Source: Rhodocyclaceae bacterium
GTDB lineage: Bacteria > Pseudomonadota > Gammaproteobacteria > Burkholderiales > Rhodocyclaceae
Length of the DNA: 24,000 nt
Direction: 5' to 3'
Assembly: GCA_036824045.1 (NCBI GenBank)
Contig: DAITAZ010000009.1
Coordinates: forward strand, 25,389-49,388
Positions 16,652 through 24,000 of the stretch are shown here, one piece after another; position 1 is the stretch's first letter; every line of letters begins with the position of its first letter. The translations under genes and the position numbers were made by a program. The notes beneath the pieces were generated by a model that was not told the origin of the DNA, did not search any database, and saw only the letters and a program-made list of their open reading frames with translations.

Positions 16652-19201
16652 ATGAGCAAGCAACTGATCATTGCCGAAAAGCCTTCCGTAGCCCAGGACA
16701 TCGCCCGGGCGTTAGGCGGCTTCACCAAACAGGGTGACTACCTGGAAAGCGACGACTTCGTGCTTTCGTCCGCCGTCGGCCATCTGCTGGAGCTGGCGGT
16801 GCCGGAGGAATACGAGGTGAAGCGGGGCAAGTGGTCCTTCGCCCACCTTCCGGTGATCCCGCCCCAGTTCACCCTGCACCCGATCGAAAAGACCGAGGAC
16901 AGGCTCAAGCTGCTGGCCCGGCTGATCAAGCGCAAGGATGTGAGCGGCCTGATCAACGCCTGTGACGCGGGGCGGGAAGGCGAACTGATCTTCAACTACA
17001 TCGTTCAGCACGCCAAGTCGGACAAACCGATCACCCGGCTCTGGCTTCAGTCGATGACTCCTCAGGCGATCCGCGACGGTTTTGCCCGCCTGCGGGCCGC
17101 CCAGGAGGTGGAAGGTTTGCGCGCGGCGGCCATGTGCCGGGCCGAATCGGACTGGTTGATCGGGATCAATGGCACCCGGGCGATGACCGCCTTCAACTCC
17201 AAGACCGGCGGTTTCCATCTCACCACCGTTGGCCGCGTCCAGACCCCCACGCTCACCATCGTCATTGAGCGCGAGGAAAAGATCCGCAAGTTCATTCCCC
17301 GGGACTACTGGGAAGTGGACGCCACGTTCGCCGCCCAGGCAGGGGACTACCGGGGACGCTGGTTCGACGAGAAATTCCGCAAGAGCGATTCGGACGAGCA
17401 TGCCCGGGCTGACCGCATCTGGGATCAGGCCACCGCCGACGCCATTCGCGCCCGGTGCGAGGGCAAACCTGGCAAGGTGGAGGAAGAGAGCAAGCCCTCC
17501 ACCCAGCTCTCGCCACTACTCTTCGACCTCACTTCCTTGCAACGGGAAGCCAACAGCCGGTTCGGTTTCTCCGCCAAAACCACGCTGGCGCTGGCCCAGG
17601 CCCTGTACGAAAAACACAAGGCCCTGACCTACCCCCGGACGGACTCGCGCGCCTTGCCGGAAGACTATCTCGGCACCGTCTCGGCAACCCTGCAGGCCTT
17701 GACCGATACCGGCTACGGCACCTTCGCCAGCCGGATCCTCGGCCAAGGCTGGGTGCGCCCCAACAAGCGCATCTTCAACAACGCCAAGATTTCCGACCAC
17801 TTCGCCATCATTCCCACCGGGACCACGCCCAAGACCCTGAGCGAGGCGGAGCAAAAGCTCTACGACATGGTCACCCGGCGTTTCCTGGCGGTGTTCTTCC
17901 CGGCCGCGGAATATCTGGTCACAACCCGCATCACACGCATTGGCCAGGACGCTTTCAAGACCGAAGGCAAAATCCTGGTCAATCCGGGCTGGCTCGCCGT
18001 GTATGGCAAAGAGGCCACCCTGAGTGACGATGGTCCCCAGCTTGTTCCCGTCCAGCCCGGAGAAACCGTGCAGACCGAGTCGGTGGACATTTCCGCCCAC
18101 CAGACCAAACCTCCCCCGCGATACACCGAAGCCACACTGCTGACCGCCATGGAAGGCGCCGGCAAGATGGTGGACGATGAGGAACTTCGCGCCGCCATGG
18201 CCGGGCGCGGCCTTGGCACGCCGGCCACCCGGGCGCAGATCATCGAAAACCTGATCTCCGAAACCTACCTGCACCGGGAAGGACGGGAACTCATCCCCAC
18301 CGCCAAGGCCTTCCAGTTGCTCACGGCACTGCGCGGGCTCAAGATCGAGCAACTCTCGTCACCGGAGCTCACCGGCGAATGGGAATGGAAGCTGGCGCGC
18401 ATGGAGCGGGGGGAGATGTCCCGTCCTGCCTTCATGCAGGAAATCGCGGCCATGACCCGGGACATTGTCGAGAAAGCCAAACAATACGAGAGCGATACGG
18501 TCCCCGGGGATTTCGCCACCCTGAACACCCCGTGCCCCCGCTGCGGCGGCACGGTCAAGGAGAACTACAAGAAATTCCAGTGCCAGGGCTGCGACTTCGC
18601 CCTGTGGAAGATTGTGGCCGGCCGGCAATTCGAGATTCCCGAAATCGAGACCCTGCTCGCCAAACGGCATGTGGGTCCGCTGATCGGTTTCCGCAACAAG
18701 ATGGGCAGGCTGTTCAACGCCGAGATCCGGCTCAACGATGCCTTGCAGCCGGAGTTCGATTTCGGTCAGGACAAGGACGATGACAAGGGCGAACCGGTGG
18801 ATTTCAGCGACCAGCAGAGCTTGGGTGCCTGCCCCAAGTGTGGCGGCGGCGTGTTCGAACACGGCACTTCCTACGTCTGCGAGCGCTCGGTGGGTCCAGG
18901 CAAGAGCTGCGATTTCCGCTCCGGCAAAATCATCCTCCAACAGCCGATCGAACGGGAGCAGATGACCAAGCTGCTGGCCACGGGCAAGACCGATTTGCTC
19001 AAGGGTTTCGTCTCGGCGCGCACCAAGCGCAAGTTCTCCGCCTTCCTGGTTCGCGGCACGGAAGGCAAGATTGGCTTCGAATTTGAAGCCAAGGCACCCA
19101 AAGCGCCCAAAGCATCCGGAAAAACCGCCAAGACCGCCGAACAAGACAACGAAGCGCCCGCCGCCGCGGAAGCCAAGACCCCACGCCGAAAGCGCGCCTG
19201 A
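16652..19201 (+). CDS. topB: DNA topoisomerase III-like type IA topoisomerase with C-terminal Cys4-like motifs and Lys/Ala-rich tail
   Basis: LIIAEKPSVAQDIARALGG, VSSAVGHLLELA, NACDAGREGELIF, VGRVQTPTL, TYPRTDSRALPEDY (catalytic Tyr), RGLGTPATRAQIIE; CPRCGG...CQGC and CPKCGG...CERS...CDF. Confidence 0.93.
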   Translation: MSKQLIIAEKPSVAQDIARALGGFTKQGDYLESDDFVLSSAVGHLLELAVPEEYEVKRGKWSFAHLPVIPPQFTLHPIEKTEDRLKLLARLIKRKDVSGLINACDAGREGELIFNYIVQHAKSDKPITRLWLQSMTPQAIRDGFARLRAAQEVEGLRAAAMCRAESDWLIGINGTRAMTAFNSKTGGFHLTTVGRVQTPTLTIVIEREEKIRKFIPRDYWEVDATFAAQAGDYRGRWFDEKFRKSDSDEHARADRIWDQATADAIRARCEGKPGKVEEESKPSTQLSPLLFDLTSLQREANSRFGFSAKTTLALAQALYEKHKALTYPRTDSRALPEDYLGTVSATLQALTDTGYGTFASRILGQGWVRPNKRIFNNAKISDHFAIIPTGTTPKTLSEAEQKLYDMVTRRFLAVFFPAAEYLVTTRITRIGQDAFKTEGKILVNPGWLAVYGKEATLSDDGPQLVPVQPGETVQTESVDISAHQTKPPPRYTEATLLTAMEGAGKMVDDEELRAAMAGRGLGTPATRAQIIENLISETYLHREGRELIPTAKAFQLLTALRGLKIEQLSSPELTGEWEWKLARMERGEMSRPAFMQEIAAMTRDIVEKAKQYESDTVPGDFATLNTPCPRCGGTVKENYKKFQCQGCDFALWKIVAGRQFEIPEIETLLAKRHVGPLIGFRNKMGRLFNAEIRLNDALQPEFDFGQDKDDDKGEPVDFSDQQSLGACPKCGGGVFEHGTSYVCERSVGPGKSCDFRSGKIILQQPIEREQMTKLLATGKTDLLKGFVSARTKRKFSAFLVRGTEGKIGFEFEAKAPKAPKASGKTAKTAEQDNEAPAAAEAKTPRRKRA

Positions 19202-19219
19202 GCGCAATCGCCGTCAAGC

Positions 19220-19243
19220 CGAAGGCCGCTGTCGCGGCCTTCG
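19220..19243 (+). terminator. Perfect hairpin just after topB, possible weak terminator
   Basis: CGAAGGCCGC (19220-19229) - TGTC - GCGGCCTTCG (19234-19243); downstream T-tract is weak (TCGCTTT). Confidence 0.45.
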
Positions 19244-19693
19244 TCGCTTTCATCCCTGGCTAACGTCCCCTCGGCCTTGCCGGCTGTCGCGCCGGGGAGA
19301 CATCAATAACACCATGATTTTTATAAATTTTCATTCAATGCACCAGCCGTTGGTCGGCTCCGGGAGACACCACAGGGCCGGGCCTGGCAGCGGAGCATTC
19401 CCCACAGCACCCCACCATTAGTTGATAAGATATTGAAATAAAACAATTTTTATCACACCCTCGGCAACTGGCACGGTGTCTGCATAAGCAGGACTACAGC
19501 CTGACGCAGGAAGGTTCCCCGCCGACCGCGCTGACCCGGGCCTCTGCCCCTTGTCCTCACAGCCCGGACCAGCCGTACAGGTTGTCATCGGCCGCCGTGC
19601 CTGGCGGCCGGTGTTCCCCGGCAATCGTGGAGTCTGCCGCCGATCCCCCGTTCCCCACCTCCACAGTGGGCGGCAGGCTCCACGAGCCGACTT

Positions 19694-20551
19694 TCACCCA
19701 CCCCCGCCCGACGCCGCCTCAAGGGTGTGGTGCTGTTCGCCCAATCCCTCGATGGCACAGCGCACCGTGTCTCCCGCCTTCAGAAACACCGGCTCGGGCT
19801 TGAGCCCCATGCCTACGCCCGGGGGCGTGCCGGTGGCAATCACGTCGCCCGGATAGAGCGTCATGAAACGGCTGATGTACGCCACCAGTGCGGCAACGCT
19901 GAAGATCATCTGCTCGGTATTGCTGTGCTGGTAACGCTGGCCATTGACGTCGAGCCACAGGGGCAGGCGTTGCACATCCGCCACCTCGTCAAGCGTGACC
20001 AGCCAGGGACCGAGGGGGGCGAAGCCCGGGTAACTCTTGCCCTTGACCCACTGGCCACCCTGCTCGAGTTGGTAGGCCCGCTCCGACATGTCGATGAAGG
20101 CAGCAAGTCCGGCCACACAGGCGAGCGCCTCGGCTTCCCCGACATGGCTCGCCACCCGACCCATCACCACAGCCAGCTCGACTTCCCAATCCACCTTGGC
20201 TGCTCCTGGCGGGACCGGGATGGGGTCCGTCGGCCCGGTCAGGCGGCAGCCTTTCATGAACAATACCGGCTCGCTGGGGATGGCCATGTTCGCCTCCCGG
20301 GCATGGTCGGCATAGTTGAGGCCCACGCACACAATCTTGCCCCGCCCACCCACCGGTGGGCCCAGCCGCGGACAGCCTGCCACCCGGGGCAAAGCCGTCG
20401 GATCGAGCGTAGCGAGGACCGCCAGCCGCGCCGGATCGAGCGCCTCATCGGCCAGATCGGGCAGATGGTCGCCCAGATCCCGGATCTCGCCCTCCGGCCC
20501 CAGCATGCCCGGGCGCTCCTGCCCCGGAAGACCGAAACGCAACAGTTTCAT
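19694..20551 (-). CDS. Fumarylacetoacetate hydrolase family protein
   Basis: KIVCVGLNYADHAREANM, PSEPVLFMK, VDWEVELAVVMG, GKSYPGFAPLGPWLVT, QHSNTEQMIFSVAALVAYISRFMTLYPGDVIATGTPPGVGMG. Confidence 0.92.
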   Translation of the reverse strand: MKLLRFGLPGQERPGMLGPEGEIRDLGDHLPDLADEALDPARLAVLATLDPTALPRVAGCPRLGPPVGGRGKIVCVGLNYADHAREANMAIPSEPVLFMKGCRLTGPTDPIPVPPGAAKVDWEVELAVVMGRVASHVGEAEALACVAGLAAFIDMSERAYQLEQGGQWVKGKSYPGFAPLGPWLVTLDEVADVQRLPLWLDVNGQRYQHSNTEQMIFSVAALVAYISRFMTLYPGDVIATGTPPGVGMGLKPEPVFLKAGDTVRCAIEGLGEQHHTLEAASGGGG

Positions 20552-20578
20552 CGGCGCAGCTCCCTTCCCCTGGAATGC

Positions 20579-21214
20579 TCAGTCCCCCACATAGGGATTG
20601 GTACGTTGCTCGAAACCGAAGGTGGACATGGGGCCATGCCCGGGCACGAAAGACACTTCGGCCCCGAGGGGAAACAGCCGCTCACGGATGGAATTGATCA
20701 GCGTGTCGTAGTCACCCCGGGGGAAATCGGTGCGGCCAATGGAGCCACGGAAAAGAACGTCGCCGACGAAAGCCAGCTTGCTTGCCCGATCGTAGAACAC
20801 CACGTGGCCGGGCGTGTGGCCGGGGCAATGGATCACCTCCAGCGTCACCTGCCCCACGCTGACCGTGTCACCCTGCTCCAGCCAGCGGTCAGGCACAAAG
20901 GCCTCCACACCCGGAAAACCGAACATCTTCGACTGCTGCGGCATGCCGTCGATCCAGAACTGGTCTTCCCGCTGCGGGCCCTCCACCGGCACGGCTGCCT
21001 GCCGCGCCAGGGCAGCCGTGCCACCGGCATGGTCGATGTGACCGTGGGTGATGAGGATCTTTTCCAGCGTGACACCTTCCTCCTCCACCGCCTGAAGGAT
21101 GCGGGGCAGATCGCCTCCCGGGTCCACCACGGCGGCGCGCCGCGTTTCACTGCACCAGATCAGGGAGCAGTTCTGCTCAAAAGGGGTGACGGGCACAATT
21201 CGATGTTTCAGCAC
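20579..21214 (-). CDS. MBL-fold hydrolase, glyoxalase II-like (YcbL type)
   Basis: ITHGHIDHAGG, VIHCPGHTPGHVVFY, FVGDVLFRGSIGRTDFPRGD, VPGHGPMSTFGFE. Confidence 0.88.
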   Translation of the reverse strand: MLKHRIVPVTPFEQNCSLIWCSETRRAAVVDPGGDLPRILQAVEEEGVTLEKILITHGHIDHAGGTAALARQAAVPVEGPQREDQFWIDGMPQQSKMFGFPGVEAFVPDRWLEQGDTVSVGQVTLEVIHCPGHTPGHVVFYDRASKLAFVGDVLFRGSIGRTDFPRGDYDTLINSIRERLFPLGAEVSFVPGHGPMSTFGFEQRTNPYVGD

Positions 21215-21315
21215 AGCTTGATGCTCCGGGAAAAAGCCCCATTGTCACCCAGAGCCCCCTGCCTGCGAAGGTTCGCCCGTGGATCCATACCCGGGAGTAA
21301 GCAAATGTAAGGCCC

Positions 21316-21344
21316 GGAACTCATTCGGGGCAGGCGGGCTCTAT
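21316..21344 (+). promoter_or_regulatory. Candidate RpoE-like promoter of the Do-family protease gene
   Basis: GGAACTC (21316-21322) followed about 17 nt later by TCTAT (21340-21344), 26 nt before the ATG. Imperfect match to the GGAACTT/TCTGA-type consensus. Confidence 0.3.
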
Positions 21345-21369
21345 ATGCGCTCAAGGAGGATTCTGGCAA

Positions 21370-22842
21370 ATGGCCATCAACAAGACCCGACTCACCGTAC
21401 TCACCGTCGCCGCCGGCCTGGCGGTGGCTGCCTGCCTGGATCAGGGCAGTGCGCTCATCAACAACTCCCACGCCAATCAGACAGCCGCTCCCCCCGCACC
21501 GCTGGTCTCCGCCCGCGGGCTGCCGGACTTCAGCACGCTGGTGGATACCGTCGGCCCGGCCGTGGTCAATATCAGCGTCACCCAGATGGTGCGCACCACC
21601 GGCGGGGATGACCTGGACCTGAACGACCCCTTCTTCGACTTTCTGCGCCGTCACGGCTTCCCCGTGCCCCAGGCGCCGGGCGGGCGAGGCGGTCCGGCAC
21701 AACCGGAAACCAGCAAGGGCGTGGGCTCGGGCTTCATCGTCAGCGACGATGGCTATGTGCTGACCAATGCCCACGTGGTGGCTGACGCCAAGGAAGTGAA
21801 GGTCAAGCTCACCGACAAGCGCGAATTCAAGGCCAAGGTGGTAGGGCTGGACAAACGCACCGACGTGGCCCTGATCAAGCTGGAAGCCAAGGGCCTGCCC
21901 ACCGTGAGGATCGGCAACGCGGACAAGGCCCGGGTGGGTGAATGGGTGGCAGCCATCGGTTCGCCTTTCGGCTTCGAGAACACCGTAACGGCCGGCATCA
22001 TCAGCGCCAAGGCCCGCCGCCTGCCGGACGAGACCTATGTACCCTTCCTGCAAACGGACGTCGCCATCAACCCGGGCAACTCCGGCGGCCCCCTGTTCAA
22101 CCTCAATGGCGAGGTGATCGGGATCAACTCCCAGATCTACAGCCGGTCAGGCGGCTTCATGGGGATTTCCTTCGCCATCCCCATCGACGTGGCCATGAAG
22201 GTCAAAGACCAGCTGCAGAAGCACGGCAAAGTTTCCCGCGGACGCCTGGGCGTTGGCATCCAGGAACTGACTCCGGATCTGGCCGAAACCTTCGGCCTCA
22301 AGGATACCAAGGGCGCCCTGGTGGCCCAGGTGGAGAAAGGCAGCCCCGCCGAGAAAGCCGGCCTGCAGCAAGGTGACGTGATCCACGCGGTCAACGGCAC
22401 CGCCGTGCAGGACGCGGCCGACCTCTCCCGCCTGGTGGGTGAAGCCCGCCCTGGACAGGAAGTGAAGCTTTCCCTCTGGCGCCAGGGCAACCGCAAGGAA
22501 GTGTCCGCCACCCTGGTGGAGATGCCCAGCGATACGCCCCTGGCTGCCAAGGCACCGGCGGCGGGTCAGCCCTCGGTTGCAAAGCTGGGCGTCCAGGTCA
22601 GGCCCCTGTCGGCAGTGGAGCAGCAGCAACTGGGGCTCAATGGCGGTGTGCGGGTGGAGAGTGTGGAAGGCCCCGCAGCCCGGGCAGGCATCCAGAACGG
22701 CGATGTGATCCTGGGGGTCAACAACCGGCCGGTTTCCGATCCGTCCGAACTGGCGGCATTGGTCGCCCAGGGCGGGAACCGGATTGCGCTGCTGGTCCAA
22801 CGCGGCGGTGCCCGCCTGTACGTTCCCATCCGCTTGGGCTGA
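21370..22842 (+). CDS. degQ: Do family (DegP/DegQ/MucD) periplasmic serine endopeptidase with two PDZ domains
   Basis: Triad motifs TNAHVV, RTDVALIK, GNSGGPLFN; LGVGIQELTPDLAETFG and LGVQVRPL PDZ starts; RBS AAGGAGG. The degQ versus mucD name cannot be fixed from sequence alone. Confidence 0.92.
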   Translation: MAINKTRLTVLTVAAGLAVAACLDQGSALINNSHANQTAAPPAPLVSARGLPDFSTLVDTVGPAVVNISVTQMVRTTGGDDLDLNDPFFDFLRRHGFPVPQAPGGRGGPAQPETSKGVGSGFIVSDDGYVLTNAHVVADAKEVKVKLTDKREFKAKVVGLDKRTDVALIKLEAKGLPTVRIGNADKARVGEWVAAIGSPFGFENTVTAGIISAKARRLPDETYVPFLQTDVAINPGNSGGPLFNLNGEVIGINSQIYSRSGGFMGISFAIPIDVAMKVKDQLQKHGKVSRGRLGVGIQELTPDLAETFGLKDTKGALVAQVEKGSPAEKAGLQQGDVIHAVNGTAVQDAADLSRLVGEARPGQEVKLSLWRQGNRKEVSATLVEMPSDTPLAAKAPAAGQPSVAKLGVQVRPLSAVEQQQLGLNGGVRVESVEGPAARAGIQNGDVILGVNNRPVSDPSELAALVAQGGNRIALLVQRGGARLYVPIRLG

Positions 22843-22860
22843 AGATCAGGTTTTTCCACA

Positions 22861-22886
22861 GGCTGTGGGCAGAGACGCCCACAGCC
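22861..22886. repeat. Perfect 10 bp inverted repeat downstream of the Do-family protease gene
   Basis: GGCTGTGGGC (22861-22870) - AGAGAC - GCCCACAGCC (22877-22886). Confidence 0.9.
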
Positions 22887-22899
22887 TCCGGGCAACCTC

Positions 22900-22944
22900 C
22901 AACGGGGCGGAGAGCAAGGTTTCACGGTGCTCTCCGCCCCGTTG
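22900..22944. repeat. Perfect 17 bp inverted repeat
   Basis: CAACGGGGCGGAGAGCA (22900-22916) - AGGTTTCACGG - TGCTCTCCGCCCCGTTG (22928-22944). Confidence 0.92.
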
Positions 22945-23560
22945 CCGTTCACCGTTGCGATCCATGCAGAAGCGGCTCCACCTTTTTATGCACACCTCGG
23001 TGGGCGGGAGGGCATTTCGTCGGGTACACGGGATAAGTCCGGAACATCCAGGCAGACAATTTGTGCACAACCTGCCCCGTCTGCACTTGGTCCAAAACAG
23101 GCAACATTTCATCCACACCCGTTCCAGAGCTTTGTGCCCAGCATTACTCTCTCATCAACATGATGATTTGTTTGAAAAAAAATGCCTTATCCACAGATTT
23201 CGGCCGCCTATGTTTACAGTTGTTATTTATTTAAATAAAACCTGTATACAAACCCTGTGAACACCAATTTCGGTTCCCGCAGCGGTGCAACCAGGAAAGC
23301 AAAAGCGCAAAAAACCAGTCCTGCCACCGACGCACAGATCCGGAGTGGCTGATTCAGGACAGAGGAAAAGAAGCAGGAGGAGTGGAAGCGAAAAGGTGGC
23401 CGGTGCCATCAGGTACCGGCCCAAAAAAGACCAGAGAAAGGATTGAAAAATCCACGGGCAAGATTCTAGCGATCCGGCACAACAGGAGATCCGGGGGATT
23501 GGCGGGCAATTACCGGGTTATTCCCCCGGCTCGGACCAAAGGGAAAGGCTGGTGTAAGAT

Positions 23561-23603
23561 GCTGCGGCACGCCGCAGTCCGCTTACCCGAACTGCGGCGT
23601 TTT
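23561..23603 (+). promoter_or_regulatory. Mutually exclusive hairpins before gshA, possible attenuator
   Basis: CTGCGG (23562-23567) can pair with CCGCAG (23572-23577), or GCCGCAGT (23571-23578) with ACTGCGGC (23591-23598), the latter followed by G-TTTT (23600-23603). Confidence 0.3.
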
Positions 23604-23633
23604 GCCCTCGATACCAACTAGAAGAGAACAGCC

Positions 23634-24000
23634 ATGGTTCCACATTTGACGACGGCCCTGACCGGCCCGTTGCTGGAGCTGGAGAAAACCCTGCTGGCCG
23701 CTGATACGGCCATTGAACACTGGATCCGCCTGAAGTGGCTGGAGCACACGCCGCCCTTCTACGCCTCGGTGGATTTGCGCAATGCCGGCTTCAAGCTGGC
23801 GCCGGTGGATACCAACCTCTTCCCGGGCGGCTTCAACAATCTCGCGCCTGCGCTGGAGCCCCTGTGCGTGCAGGCGGCCATGAGCGCGGTGGAAAAGGTC
23901 TGTCCGGAGGCCCGCAACCTGCTGCTGGTGCCCGAAAGCCACACCCGCAACCTGTTCTACCTGACCAACGTGGCGCGGCTGACCCGCATCCTCCATCACG
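23634..24000 (+). CDS. gshA: Glutamate-cysteine ligase (proteobacterial GshA type), 3'-truncated by the window edge
   Basis: Open frame to the window end, absent from the supplied ORF track. Own translation MVPHLTTALTGPLLELEKTLLAADTAIEHWIRLKWLEHTPPFYASVDLRNAGFKLAPVDTNLFPGGFNNLAPALEPLCVQAAMSAVEK... Confidence 0.85.
   Translation, partial: MVPHLTTALTGPLLELEKTLLAADTAIEHWIRLKWLEHTPPFYASVDLRNAGFKLAPVDTNLFPGGFNNLAPALEPLCVQAAMSAVEKVCPEARNLLLVPESHTRNLFYLTNVARLTRILHH

Larger units (their letters stand above)
22852..23240 (+). promoter_or_regulatory. Cluster of DnaA-box-like 9-mers next to an AT-rich tract; candidate DnaA-binding region
   Basis: TTTTCCACA (22852-22860), TTATGCACA (22986-22994) and TTATCCACA (23187-23195) match TTWTNCACA. 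TTGTGCACA (23061-23069) and TCATCCACA (23109-23117) are one-mismatch forms. All are on +. AT-rich TTATTTATTTAAATAAAA lies at about 23223-23240. Confidence 0.5.

Noticed and set aside
17516-19207. Two minus-strand ORFs (278 and 282 aa) opposite topB
   Set aside because: Gly/Leu/Ala-rich shadows of the topoisomerase coding sequence.
19418-19624. 68 aa minus-strand ORF in the topB-FAH gap
   Set aside because: No RBS or recognisable motif; could be a small protein, but the sequence alone gives no support.
19727-21310. 527 aa plus-strand ORF spanning the FAH and MBL genes
   Set aside because: Antisense to two well-supported genes; the translation is Arg/His-rich and has no conserved motifs.
22784-23260. 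158 aa plus ORF and 79-90 aa minus ORFs in the protease-gshA gap
   Set aside because: Compositions are not protein-like, starts lack RBS, and the ORFs overlap hairpins and DnaA-like boxes; treated as non-coding.
1-24000. CRISPR array, tRNA/rRNA, IS element, integrase or retron
   Set aside because: No regularly spaced direct repeats, no tRNA/rRNA signatures and no transposase, integrase or reverse transcriptase motifs were seen on either strand.

Overview
The 24 kb window looks like an ordinary GC-rich proteobacterial chromosome (betaproteobacterial-type gene content). Most of it is housekeeping and metabolic genes. From left to right: the 3' part of a large CHAT-protease-like protein that runs off the left edge; metX-metW-ampG-like-azlC-azlD; a SMUG1-type uracil-DNA glycosylase; thrH; yqjD-yqjE-yqjK (minus); a ROK sugar kinase (minus); DUF1840; a DUF883-like protein; a CAP-domain lipoprotein (minus); def (minus); a LysM protein, dprA, smg and topB; an FAH-family hydrolase and an MBL-fold hydrolase (both minus); a Do/DegQ-family protease; and gshA, running off the right edge. 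No CRISPR array, tRNA, rRNA, transposase or integrase was recognised. The observations most worth following up are: (1) the apparent alpha/beta-hydrolase-CHAT-repeat fusion at the left edge; (2) a SAM-II-like riboswitch upstream of metX, with a promoter-like sequence before it and an intrinsic terminator after it; (3) a ~790 nt non-coding region between the Do-family protease and gshA that contains a same-strand cluster of DnaA-box-like 9-mers, an AT-rich tract, and several long perfect inverted repeats. All calls are from reading the sequence; no database search was run.
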